Source of the DNA: Macrostomum lignano
Lineage: Eukaryota
NCBI GenBank assembly: GCA_002269645.1
Contig: NIVC01002847.1
Location: 62,001 to 126,000 of the forward strand
Direction of reading: 5' to 3'
Length of the DNA stretch: 64,000 nucleotides
Part shown: piece after piece, positions 10,724 to 21,769 of the stretch
How positions within the stretch are numbered: position 1 is the first letter of the stretch
How the letters are laid out: the number at the start of each line of letters is the position of its first letter
Program-made: the position numbers and the translations under genes
The notes under the pieces: model-generated
Seen by the model: the letters and a program-made list of their open reading frames with translations, nothing else
What the model was told of the DNA's origin: nothing
Databases searched by the model: none

Positions 10724-10955
10724 TGTTGGTCTTCTTATCCAATTGGGTAACTTAGGAAACCAAAATGCTGCTTTGGGGATTTGAGATTTCAGCTCTCTCT
10801 TAGAGCGTGCAACCAAATTCTTACGAGCGTATATTATCTGCGGCTCTCTTTAGTCATCGCAGTTTAAAACATAACAATTACAGGATTGTGTTTCCATAGA
10901 CAACATCAATCTATTGATAGCACTGCTAAAACATATAAGGCGTCATATGGCTACA
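10724..10955 (-). repeat. 3' LTR of Mag-like element (232 bp)
   Basis: Matches 14612-14835 with a few substitutions and two indels; preceded on minus strand by PPT AAAAAAAGGAGGAG (10956-10969). Confidence 0.95.
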
Positions 10956-11073
10956 CTCCTCCTTTTTTTAGTTTTACTGTCCAGCGGCAGGATAATGATT
11001 AATAAAAAGGAATGTTGTTTTCAGACAGCAATTTTGTCACAATAACCACTTATTAAGTAATAACACTTTCACA

Positions 11074-11830
11074 TCACATAGGTTGTCCCAGTTGATCGTA
11101 TCTCAGTCTGTCAGGCGGTTGTCTATGGCGTTTGGTATACTGGTTATTGGTGACTGGCCGCGATGCTGCCATCGCCTCAGTCTCACTGGTCTCCTTGGCA
11201 TCTTGCAGTTCAGTAGCCGGCTGCGCTACTTGATGATGTGTCTCGCCGGTTTCTGGGATCCTGGGTTTCGTCTGTCCAATGTGCTTTCTTAACACTTTTC
11301 CATCTTCTCCTTCGACGTTGACAATGACTTTTCCTTCAGATCCGATAATCACGCCAGGGGCCCATTTCTTGCTGTGATCGTTGTAGACTCTGGCCCACAC
11401 AGGTTGTCTCGCTAGTTGAATGATCGGGCAGCGCAGTAGATGTCCTCTCATGAGTTCAGCTGGCGCTTGACCTGTTGTGGAGTGCTTTGCGTTTCGATAC
11501 TGCAGCAAAACCTGTCGATACTGGCTTGCATGTCGTTCGAATCTTGTGCTGCACGAAGTGCATCATCAAGTTCATCAGGTGGACTTCGGCCCACTTGCTG
11601 TAGGCGTCGATCATGATGAGACAGAACTTCCCATTCTTGAAGGGGCCGCAAAGTCTATGTGAACCCGGCTCCACTTCTCTGTCTCCTGAGGCCAGGAGGT
11701 CCACCCGCCTACTGAATAATCCTTTGCGTCTGACAGTTTTTACACGTCTTTGCCTGGAGTTCGATTTCCTTATCGATTGAAGGCCACCACACACACTGTC
11801 GGGCGATAGATTTCATCTTATCAGCACCCA
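11074..11830 (-). pseudogene. Frameshifted, partly deleted integrase of Mag-like element
   Basis: GPFKNGKFCLIMIDAYSKWAEV and LLQYRNAKHSTTGQAPAELMRG in different frames. Confidence 0.8.
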
Positions 11831-12025
11831 AGTAGTGTCCATTGTGCAGTCCTCAGTACGTAGCTCCGTAGCGTATCTGGTACCACAATTCGAAGTCCTC
11901 TGAACAGGATTCCGCTCTCGATAGACAGTTCCTCTTGTATCCTGGAATACTCCGTGCCATAGCTCTACCAATTCTAGTCCATCCATACTTCACCTGTGCG
12001 AAAACTTTCCGCATCAGTGGATCTT

Positions 12026-13399
12026 TCAGAGACTCCTGTCGAACCTTTTCTTTGTCATTGGGAAATCCAAAATGGTGTCTTGAACAGAACTCACGTCAAA
12101 TTGTTCTGATTCAGTGTGCGTTGACTTCAGCCTTGATAGAGCGTCGGCGACCGGGATCTCTTCCGAGCGGCGGCACTCGACTTCATAGTTGTACTGCATG
12201 AGAGCAATAGCCCATCGCTGAATCCGGGCTGAAGCCAAACTGGTGATGCTTTTTGACGGATCGAATATGAATTTCAACGGATGATGGTCTGTCACCAGTG
12301 TGAACTTGCGCCCGTACAGGTATTTGTGGAGGCGCTTAACGGCCCAGATGATAGCCAAGGCCTCCCGCTCTATCTGTGCGTAGTTTCTGTCAGTCTTGCT
12401 CAGAGTTTTTGAGATGAAGAGTACAGGTCCATTAGATTGCTCAAGCACAGCCCCGATTCCATATGGGGATGCGTCGGTGGTAAGCCTGGTCACCGGGTCA
12501 CAAGGGTCGAACGGCTTTATTACTTTCGATTTAAGGATATTATTCTTGATTTTGTTGAAGGCAGATTGCTCTTGCACGTCCCAATGCCACTTCTCGTCCT
12601 GTGGGATTAACTTTGCCAACGGTTCCTTTATGGTAGCGAGGTTCTGGATGAACCTGGAGTACAACTCGGCAAGTCCCAGGAAAGATCGGAGTTCCTTTGG
12701 AGACGTTGGTTCTTTTAGTCCTCTAATGACGTCCATCTTGTCAATGGCTGGGCATATTCCCTCTTCGGTGATATCCAAACCCAGGAATTTCACTCGCTTA
12801 GTCTTGATGAAACTTTTCTGGTAGTTGACCTCTACATTGTTCTCTTTCAGGATGCTTTTTACAGTCTCCAGCTGGTCGTCGTGCTCGCGCTCTGTTCGGC
12901 CAAAAATCAGGATGTCGTCCTGGTAGCTAACGGCATTCTTCTGCGACGCTAGCAACTTGTCCATATAGTTTTGGAATATGGCCGGTGCCTGTTTGACCCC
13001 GTAAGACAGCAACTGGGGCTCGTAGAGTCCAAATGGCGTGCTCAGTGTTAGAACACTCGCCGATGCCTCGTCCACAGGAAGCTGCAGATAAGCATTTGTT
13101 AGATCCAGGACAGAAAAGGTCTTGGCTCCTCCAAGTTGGCTCAACACGTCCTCGATGCTCGGTGTAGTGGAGATCATGTCGCACAACGACCTGTTAACCG
13201 TCACTTTATAATCACCACACAGCCTGATCTTACCATTCTGCTTTCTGACAACGACGATAGGTGTAGCCCAGTCACTCTGATCCACCTTCCGCAGGACTCC
13301 ATCATTCACGAGCTTATCCAGTTCTTCCTTCACACTGTCTCGAAGACCGTACGGGATAGGTCTGGGCTTGAGGAACACGGGTATTGTTCCCTCCCTCAA
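12026..13399 (-). pseudogene. RT-RNase H region of Mag-like pol
   Basis: WATPIVVV, RLCGDYK, LDLTNAYLQL, YQDD, TDASPYGIGAVL, EREALAI, TDHHPL; in frame with upstream gag-PR across a TAA at 13412-13414. Confidence 0.9.
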
Positions 13400-13411
13400 A
13401 GTTAGATGAGC

Positions 13412-14611
13412 TTAGTATTGCTTCACCCGATAGATATTCAGACCAGGTTCCAAGGCATGCATCCACTGCAGTCCATAGATGTTGGGAGCATCTGACTTGT
13501 CCATAATATATACTGGTAGTTTCTTAGAGTTGCCATCGTATTTCACAGTGACCATTGCCTCGCCTAGAATAGGAACAGCATGACCTTGGAAGTCATTGAG
13601 TCTCTTGTTCGTCGGCAATACATCGGGGATGACTGACAGGCACTCGAATGTAGTTTTCGATATGAGAGAGACATCCGCTCCCGTGTCGAACACCATATCA
13701 ACTGTAGTTCCGTTTATGCAGACTTCACGGGCGATCCTTTGCCGGGATGATAGCGAAAAAATCTGACCGTGCTGTTCTCCATCCTCTGCTTCATCATCGA
13801 GTAAAGGATGTTGCTGCAGAAGTCGAACTCTTAATGTTGCTCGGCGTCCACTTGTTTGGGACTTTGCGGCTTTACACACCGCTTTCAGATGACCTGCTTT
13901 GCCACAGCTGTCGCATGTGAGCGCTTTGTGTCGACACTCAGTTTTGGTGTGTCCAGGTTTTCCGCAGCAGAAGCATGTGACTGCCTTACCCTGGTTTCGT
14001 TTGGCCGGCGCCTTTGCGTAGCGCTTCCACGACTTTCTCGTGTGCTGAGGTCGGCTGCTTTTTTGTCGCATGTGCAGAACATTTGAGCCGCTCATGTCCT
14101 TCTCTCCTCTTTGGACAGCCTCGCACGCTGCGGCGACAGCAGTGACATTCTCCCAGGTGAGATCCTTTAACTTCTCGGAGAGTAGTTTTCTTAGGATTTC
14201 ATTGCTCTTTAGGCCGAATATAAACTGGTCACGGAGTCGGTCCGAGTTATCGGCGAACTCGCAGTCCTCTGCTAGCTGCTTTAGCCTGCGACTGTAGGTC
14301 AGGATGTCTTCGCTGCTTTCTTGCTTCGCCTTGTGAAACTCTTATCTGCAGGCGATTACTGATTTCTCGCCTTTCACTTCTTTTTTAATTAGCAGCACCA
14401 AATCATCAAATGATTTTGTTTCCACTTTAGCAGGTAGTGTTGCATCTGCAAGAAAGTTGAACATCCTCTCGCCGATTAGAGCCAGGAAGGCGTCTCGTTT
14501 ATTGTCGTCCTTCCAGCCGTTAAGTTTGGCACTGATCTCGAAGCGCTGGATCCATCTATTCGGGTCCTCGCCGTCTTCCAGTGGTTCGATGGTTGGTAGC
14601 CTCGTCGCCAT
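13412..14611 (-). pseudogene. gag-protease of Mag-like element (one frameshift near 14340)
   Basis: MATRLPTIEPL..WIQRFE, LRDQFIFGL, CFCCGKPGHTKTEC and CDSCGKAGHLKAVC, FDTGADVS. Confidence 0.9.
14600..14610 (-). promoter_or_regulatory. Primer-binding site TGGCGACGAGG
   Basis: One nt inside the 5' LTR end; complementary to the 3' end of animal tRNA-Ser(GCU) as recalled (..CCUCGUCGCCA). Confidence 0.8.
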
Positions 14612-14835
14612 TGTTGGTCTTCTTATCCAATTGGGTAATTTAGGAAACCAAATGCTGCTTTGGGGATTTGAGATTTCAGCTCTCTCTTAGAGCGTGCAAC
14701 CAAATTCTTACGAGCTTATATTAGTCTCTTTAGTCATCGCAGTTTAAAACATAACAATTACAAGATTGTGTTTCCATAGACAACATCAATCTATTGATGG
14801 CACTGCTAAAACATAGAAGGCGTCATATGGCTACA
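14612..14835 (-). repeat. 5' LTR of Mag-like element (224 bp)
   Basis: Direct repeat of 10724-10955; TGTAGCC...GACCAACA on minus strand. Confidence 0.95.
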
Positions 14836-16881
14836 CTAATATTTGACAATAGTTTTAGGCTTCTAATTAAAATAATCGAAATGCTTGGTATGAACTAGAG
14901 ACTAAGAAAGGTTTCTAACTTGACTCACACAAAGAAACTTTGTGCTGAGGACCAATGTCAACTTAATGAAAGACCTAGAAAGCTCGTAGGACTTAATCGA
15001 TAAGGAAATTTGATAATTCAACATATGCTCGTAATTTCTTTGCTTATACATATATTTGTAAAATGTGCAGGATTTATCTAAAGGACAGGCTAAATTAGCT
15101 ATTTACGATAAATTTCTTTTTCACATCTTATAAATATGATAAAGTACATTGACTAATTTTGTGTACGAGTACTTCAATCAGTTCTGGATTGTTGTTGTCT
15201 TTTTGTTGCAATTTACTTTGCAGTAATCATTTTACCATTTATTGTCTTCTCGCAATGTTGGTATATTTTAAGACGAATAAGATAAGGCATAAGATAGTTT
15301 CTGCTCAGAGAGGAATTCAAGATGACCGAATGAGTTTGGATAACTTAAAAGTATCTGGCCAAATACGTTTGTCGTCTTATTTCATTCAGACGAATAAAAC
15401 AACGCAGAAATTCTATAAGACGTGACACACCGGCGCTCTCCATAAAAGGAGTTGGATGGATACAACCAACTGCCGCCAATCCTGACCGGAACCTTTGACC
15501 ACGAGAGGCAGTGAGAAGCAATTACTATACAGCAATTACGACCATGGGAAAAGGCTAGAGCTCTGGGTAATTACCCTAAACCGTTCTATCGCCTATAGTA
15601 CAAGCATCTGCTGAACTTGATTCATGTACAGCCCGTTGTCACAGCGAAACCACTCTGCTGGTCTAACACTTTCAGATTCTTTTTAAAGCGCAAAATGTAC
15701 CTATTTATTCCTTCAGTTTCTGTTTTAACCGGTGGCTCATGAACAAACCAATGCTAAATGGGAGGCTTGTGCGATTGACTCTCATAAGAGCCAACTTAAA
15801 AGCACAGAGTTTGTACATACATTGCCTAGTCGTATGTTGTTCGTGCGTACACCCTTGCCCGTGGGAGTATCCATGTGCGTGTGACAGCAAAATGAACTGT
15901 CCAATACCAAAAAGTGCGGAGTATAGCCAGCATTCAAAGCTTCTGCGCTAAGCAAACTAACTAGAATATATAGCTGCTCAATATAAAACCGCCTAACACA
16001 GTGCTGGCGTTATTATGCATTTCTTTCTTTCTTTGACAAAGCCAAAGCCAACAAAGCCATTCTCTCGAGCTCTTCTATGCTGACCAATGCGCAGACAATT
16101 TCAGCCTCACCCCCCTCTCTCCCATCCAACCCCTGCACCCAGCCAAGGAGTTCTAGAACTAGGACCTGGAATACCAACTCTACCTTTAGCACCTAACGTC
16201 GTATTTTCGTATCAATTGAGGCCTAGAGCTAGAGCAGTGGTTCAATTTACCGCGGCAGACGGGCGAGTCTTGTGTATCAGTCACATTTTACTAAAACTGC
16301 CATTACCAACCAACCATAACCAAATTTCAGAAACTCTGCCTCATTTTAAAGCTGAATAAGTTCCTACTTCTGCTGTTGCTGCAATTCGAAGAACTTATTG
16401 AGATTTACATTAAGAGGGACTTTGAATAAATTTGTCAAGATGAGTGGAAGTTATGGCAATTTTAGCAAGAAGTGGCACAGAAACTCGCCTATCTACTTGG
16501 GTTGAAATTGAACAGTTACATCAGCCTCAATAGGTACTAAATGCGTGTTTGGAGTAGAGTTGGCACTCCAGGATCAAGTTCTAAAAATCTTGCTCTGCCT
16601 CCATTCCTACCTCTGCGTAGTGTACTCCGATGTTTGGCACGAAATATTCTCTCTGTTTGTAGCGCCAATGCAACTGCATGGTTACTTAAATGGCCCGAAC
16701 TCCCGGTCGTAAATAGGGTCTGTGCGTAAAGTTTTACATTCTAAGCCATGAAGCTATAAGCAGACTTCAGTCCCTACACGCTGGCCTGCTTATGCGTTTT
16801 CAGCTACTCATGGCCCCTTGAGTAAAATTCGCTACTCAGTGCGTCTTTCCTTAACTTGATTTCGTCGAAAAACAGCATCCA

Positions 16882-18534
16882 ATGCTCGACTGCCTGCGGC
16901 GCGGTGGACGGCTGTGCGCGACGCGCAGGCAAAGAGTTTTTATACTGGCTTTCTTACTGGCTCTGGGCCTGCTGCATCCTTTTGTGACGCTGGATAATCA
17001 TATTAAAAAAGCGGCACAAAAACAGAAGCCAGAAATATCAACTGATTCGACTGGCTTTCGTACTACGTGGAGTTCTAATGTGACTTTGAGCAACTCCGCA
17101 GTTCGTCTTCATCAAATGAGCTCTACGAACTCGTCGGTTCGAGCGCCGGATGCCCAGCAGAACAAGGAGATCGCTCTGGTCGTGCTAGCCGCTACGAGGC
17201 CAGAAGTGCATCAGCTGGTGAGACAGTTGGTAGCTCAAAAGCCCGATAGCGGATTCCGCATCATGATATCGCTCGATGGCACAGAAAAGCAAACAAACGA
17301 GGTCCTGCAGCAGATCGAGACGCCGGAGGTTAAACTGTTGCGGTTAAGCGACGACAAGAGTCACAAATTCAAGCCTTCAAGCGACACCTACGTAAAGATT
17401 GCGCGGCATTACCTGCGCGTGCTGGACCATCTCATTCTGAAGCTGAACTACTCCTACGTTGTGCTCATGGAGGACGACCTGCTGATTGCTCCGGATTTCT
17501 ACCAGTACTTCAGCTCGCTGCGAAGGGCGCTGGATTCGGACGAGAGCATCTTCTGCGTGTCCGCATGGAACGACAACGGTCAAATTGGTCTCGTGACCGA
17601 GGACCCACAGCTGCTGCACCGGACTGACTTCTTCCCGGGACTCGGCTGGATGATCAACCGGCGCCACTGGCTGCAGGTCAGGAAAGTTTGGCCGAAGACG
17701 CAGTACGACGACTTCCTGAGGCTCTACATGCTGAATAATCGGCTGGTCTGCGTGCGTCCCGAGCTGTCCCGGACGTTCAACATCGGGCGGAACGGAGGGC
17801 GAGTTTCGTCAGGAAAAAACGGGTACAGCTCGACGTTCTATCACAACTATCTGAGTCGGATGGCTCAAAACAGTTTCAATGTCACTCTGCTCGACAGCTC
17901 TATTGACAAGGTAATTGGTCGCTCAGCTGATATTAAGCTAGAAAAGTTTGCTCGCAGTCTACCTGTGATGAATGTTTCGACGCTGCTGTCCCAGCCGAAG
18001 CCGCCATCGGCTGTGCGTCTTCGCTACGATTCAGCGGAAGAATTCATCGGCATAGCTGAGAGAATCGGCGCCATTCCGGAGGTGTGGTTCGGCGCCCCTC
18101 GCGCCTCCATCCTCGGAATATCCGTGATGTCGCTGAGAAGAACTCGAGTCTACATTGTTCCGGACAAACGGCTTCCCATAACTAAAAAGATACTAACACC
18201 AGAGCACGTGCGGAAGAAGCAGAAAAAGGATCCTAAGAAGAAAAATGATTCAAAGAAGAAAGTGGTTACAAAAAAGAAACAGGATTCAAAGAAAAAAGAG
18301 GTTACAAAAAAGAAACAGGATCCAAAGCAGAAAAAGGATTATAAGAAGAAAAAGAATCTTAAGAAGCAAAAAGATCAAAAGAAAAAGGAGGATCCAAAGC
18401 AGAAACAGGATCCTAAGAAGAAACATAATCTTAAGAAGCAAAAAGATCAAAAGAAAAAGGAGGATCCTAAGAAGAAAGAGGATCCTAAGAAGAAAGAGGA
18501 TCGTAAGAAGAAAAAGGGTTCAAAGAATAAATAA
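16882..18534 (+). CDS. MGAT1-like: GT13 family GnT-I-like glycosyltransferase, copy 3 (550 aa)
   Basis: Complete intronless ORF, core nearly identical to copies 1 and 2; about 16 hexapeptide repeats from 18229. Confidence 0.92.
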   Translation: MLDCLRRGGRLCATRRQRVFILAFLLALGLLHPFVTLDNHIKKAAQKQKPEISTDSTGFRTTWSSNVTLSNSAVRLHQMSSTNSSVRAPDAQQNKEIALVVLAATRPEVHQLVRQLVAQKPDSGFRIMISLDGTEKQTNEVLQQIETPEVKLLRLSDDKSHKFKPSSDTYVKIARHYLRVLDHLILKLNYSYVVLMEDDLLIAPDFYQYFSSLRRALDSDESIFCVSAWNDNGQIGLVTEDPQLLHRTDFFPGLGWMINRRHWLQVRKVWPKTQYDDFLRLYMLNNRLVCVRPELSRTFNIGRNGGRVSSGKNGYSSTFYHNYLSRMAQNSFNVTLLDSSIDKVIGRSADIKLEKFARSLPVMNVSTLLSQPKPPSAVRLRYDSAEEFIGIAERIGAIPEVWFGAPRASILGISVMSLRRTRVYIVPDKRLPITKKILTPEHVRKKQKKDPKKKNDSKKKVVTKKKQDSKKKEVTKKKQDPKQKKDYKKKKNLKKQKDQKKKEDPKQKQDPKKKHNLKKQKDQKKKEDPKKKEDPKKKEDRKKKKGSKNK

Positions 18535-21500
18535 GGTTTGAAAAGGAATCGGAAGCAGAACAGAATTAAGATGCGACTAAAGACTAGTAGCCTGAGCTTC
18601 TTTTTAAGAAAACAAAATGGCTGACGCAAGAAACCCCACTTGCAGTTTTTCATCTCAAACTAGTTTTTACAAAAGTCAGTACTCAGTGCTACTCCAGTAT
18701 GTGTGATTTATTTCTGTTCGAGTATGTCATACTAGATGTCCGGCAGCCTTCATGTTCATTATTTTTATTGATGCGCATATACTCGCCTAAGACATGTTTA
18801 CTGGCTGATTGTACAAGTAAGATTTTCGTGTATTTATTTTTAGCGCGGTATGTTTACATTTGCGCATTATTCAGCTCTCTCTTGTTAAGTTTCTGGATGA
18901 TAATAAGACTTATATTCTTTGGTTAATATTTATCGTTGGGAAGGCCAGGGTTTCCGAGCATTGAAAATCGCATAGAAGAAAAAATCCGACATTTTCAGGC
19001 ATTGCGCGTAACTCAAAGAATGATATTCCTTCTGAGAAATAGTCTAGAACTATAAAGTTCTTTTTTTGTCTGGGGAGTCAATTGCACTGCGCACACGCCA
19101 GACTGCCTGTTTCTATTGAATTTTTTTTACCTTTCATGCCTACTTGCCCAGACTATTGCTTGGTTAATAGTAAATTAAAACTTTTATATTCAGAAAATAC
19201 GTTTCGCGCGTGATTGTTTCATTTAATTTTTTCCAACATACGTACGTACGAGCTACCTACACCTATGGATGCTGCGCATGCGTCTTGGTAGTTTACCTGT
19301 GTTTCGGTTCGTGTAGGAATCAAGCTTCATAACAGTTCCCCATTTTGAAGGCATACAGTGTAATATTATTCCCACGAATCGTCTCTATTCGAAACGTTTG
19401 AAAACAATTAATCAGTTATTAATAAGTTGAACTCGAGTGTGTATACTGACTAAGACAATGGGTGAACTTGGTAAAATCAGATACCCCTATGAAGGGTACC
19501 AATAAACAAAATGGTTGACTAATACCCATAAAGTACGATAATTAGGGTTCATTAACATGGACAGCTCAATAATTCCAATTGAAGCTAGTATGCATTCCAG
19601 CCGATGTTGACTCGAATGCTTCTCGAGACTGTTTTCTGATTGTTTTTCCCCGGCTGCCTTCTGGCGGCATTTCTCGGGTTGTGCGCAATCCACTTGACCT
19701 GCCCCTCGGGTAGCTCTATACTTAAGTTCCCTCACAGGAGGTGACGTGCACATCTAAAAATAGACCCTTTATTTTTCTATTTCGGCCCTGCCTTGGTTAA
19801 GGGGGTGTATCTGGAGTGATTGTGACTCTGGATTGTAGTGCGGCTAGATTGGGACTTGAGCCCCCTGGTCGTACTCGCCCTGCAGGAAAGACGACCATTC
19901 ACAAAAGTGTACGGTAGAGCCCAGTTGATGCCAGCCCTGAGGCTGAGCCCATAATAAGGGTTGTGCTCCTCCCTATTGTTTTTATCCCTTTGTGTTTTAG
20001 CTTTGTGTTTTATCCCTTTGCCCATGCAGCCGTCCAATCTTTGGAGTTATGAGCTCTGCCCTTTTCTTGTCCATCTTGCTCTCCCTTGGTACATCTGCTG
20101 GCTCCTCTGGTTGTCTCCCTGCTTATTGTGTCTCTGGCTCTCATTGGATTGGTGTCCTGGGGAAGAGTTTGTCCCGAATCGGGGAAAACCGGCTGAGTCC
20201 GGTGGTCCTTTTGCTTCATGGTACTCCTCTCCAACCCCTTGGCTTGGGCTTATTATAGCTGGGTAATAAAAATATGAAAGATATGAAAGACTCGAGTCTC
20301 CCGCTCTTGGACATGCTTTCCAAAAATCCATAATTTCCAAAACATTTCAAAAATTTTTCATTTCAATCTTTTTTGCGCGCGCACACTGGAAGTTTTGTCG
20401 TTGGTTGGTGGCTTGGGTGGATCAGTCTTTGCACCTGCCGTCCTGATTCCACTGTTGGGTTGGCGGTGTTCATAGGCTTGGGCTAGTAGCATCCAATAAG
20501 CCAATTTAACTTGGCCCTGAGTCCTAGTCCCAATCTGGACCTCTCTGGCTTTATGCCCCTGATAGTATGGCCCCTAATATATCCGCGGCTGATCCGCGGT
20601 AATCACACGCTTTCCACCCCAGTTTAACAACACAATGCTTCTCGACTACTGAAGAGTAAGTAGCAAGCAAAGTATCTTAGCTTGAGTGTCGTGCCGTGAA
20701 CTTGGCATAAAGAAACTCAAGGTTTATTTTAACTAGCAAGTAGCTTATTAAATAATGACACGAGCAGGGGCTGAGAGAACACCGAAATAAAGTCACGTGA
20801 TGATAAATACAAGTACATGGCGGCTTAGGGGATGGCCAGTCAGAGTGAAGGGAGAGGAAAGAATGGTGTGCACGTACGATGCACGTACATAGCATAAGTT
20901 AGTTAGTTAGCCAGTGCCTAGAGCTCAGCGCTCCAGCACCACATTGAGAAAGCGAAGTCGGATAGGAACACGCGTACTCTCGATTGTATTATCTAGCTGT
21001 ACCATTTGAATTTGTTCCCCTTTCTGGTTCCAATTCCCAGCACGATAACCAATTGAGTGCTCTAACACGTACTGTGGATGCATGAATATAAAGTAAAGAC
21101 GCGCGAGCCAAGGGTGATAACTGTGGTAATGACTGGCAATCTTGGACCCCGTTGGGAAGGCGACAAAGAAAAGCTGATACAATGAATGAAACACGCAGCT
21201 TTTGACTTTGTATAGTTCCTAATGCTCGTTTCTTAAGGGAAATGTTTCACTGGATGCTTCGAGTCAAGCTGCTGTTCAATAGAATCTGTCAGTTTCCGAG
21301 TCTTTGAATTGTTAAGCAGGACGGCAGTCTGGCAGGTCCTCACATTGCCACACTGCTCACACTGCTCCCAAAGTACAACTCTACGGCTACTCAAAATTGC
21401 ACCAAGCCATGACTATGGCACCATATGCATCCTAACGCTATATATTTAGAGAAAAAATTTACAGGCTTGGAAATTAACCTTTTGCTTGCCTTTTTCAAAA

Positions 21501-21769
21501 TCTTAACTTGAAGGAACGATCATTGCAAAGTCAGAATGTCTTCCTTCCTGTGATTGGTTGTTCCAGACATGGCAAGGTTCGTTTTAAGATTGCTGCACAA
21601 AAAGGAACTTCAATATTCGAAAATATGTATGTGTACCAAGCATGCGCCGGGTAGATGTTTACACAACGATAAATATCAAGATATGCATTGACAGTTTAAA
21701 TTTACCTGTGTTAAAGGCATAACAAGTATTTTACTAAGCAAATAAGTTACGAACATAACAGATAAAGCC

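Larger units (their letters stand above)
10724..14835 (-). mobile_element. Full-length Ty3/Gypsy LTR retrotransposon of the Mag clade, decayed
   Basis: Paired LTRs TGT..ACA on minus strand, 5-bp TSD CTAAT (10719-10723, 14836-14840), PBS, PPT, gag with two CCHC knuckles, PR FDTGA, RT YQDD, RNase H, partly deleted IN. Confidence 0.95.
8901..15429 (+). mobile_element. Ginger1/GIN1-like integrase DNA transposon (degenerate), interrupted by a nested LTR retrotransposon
   Basis: Ends TGTTATGCC (8901) and GACGTGACA (ending 15427; alternative end 15429). Integrase starts ~280 bp from the left end with no RT/RNase H upstream; GIN1-like N-terminus; two GT-AG introns. Absent from the homologous spacer after copy 1. 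Confidence 0.75.

Noticed and set aside
19580-20650. Cluster of short overlapping ORFs in GC-richer sequence
   Set aside because: No recognizable domain, termini or second copy in the window; left unannotated
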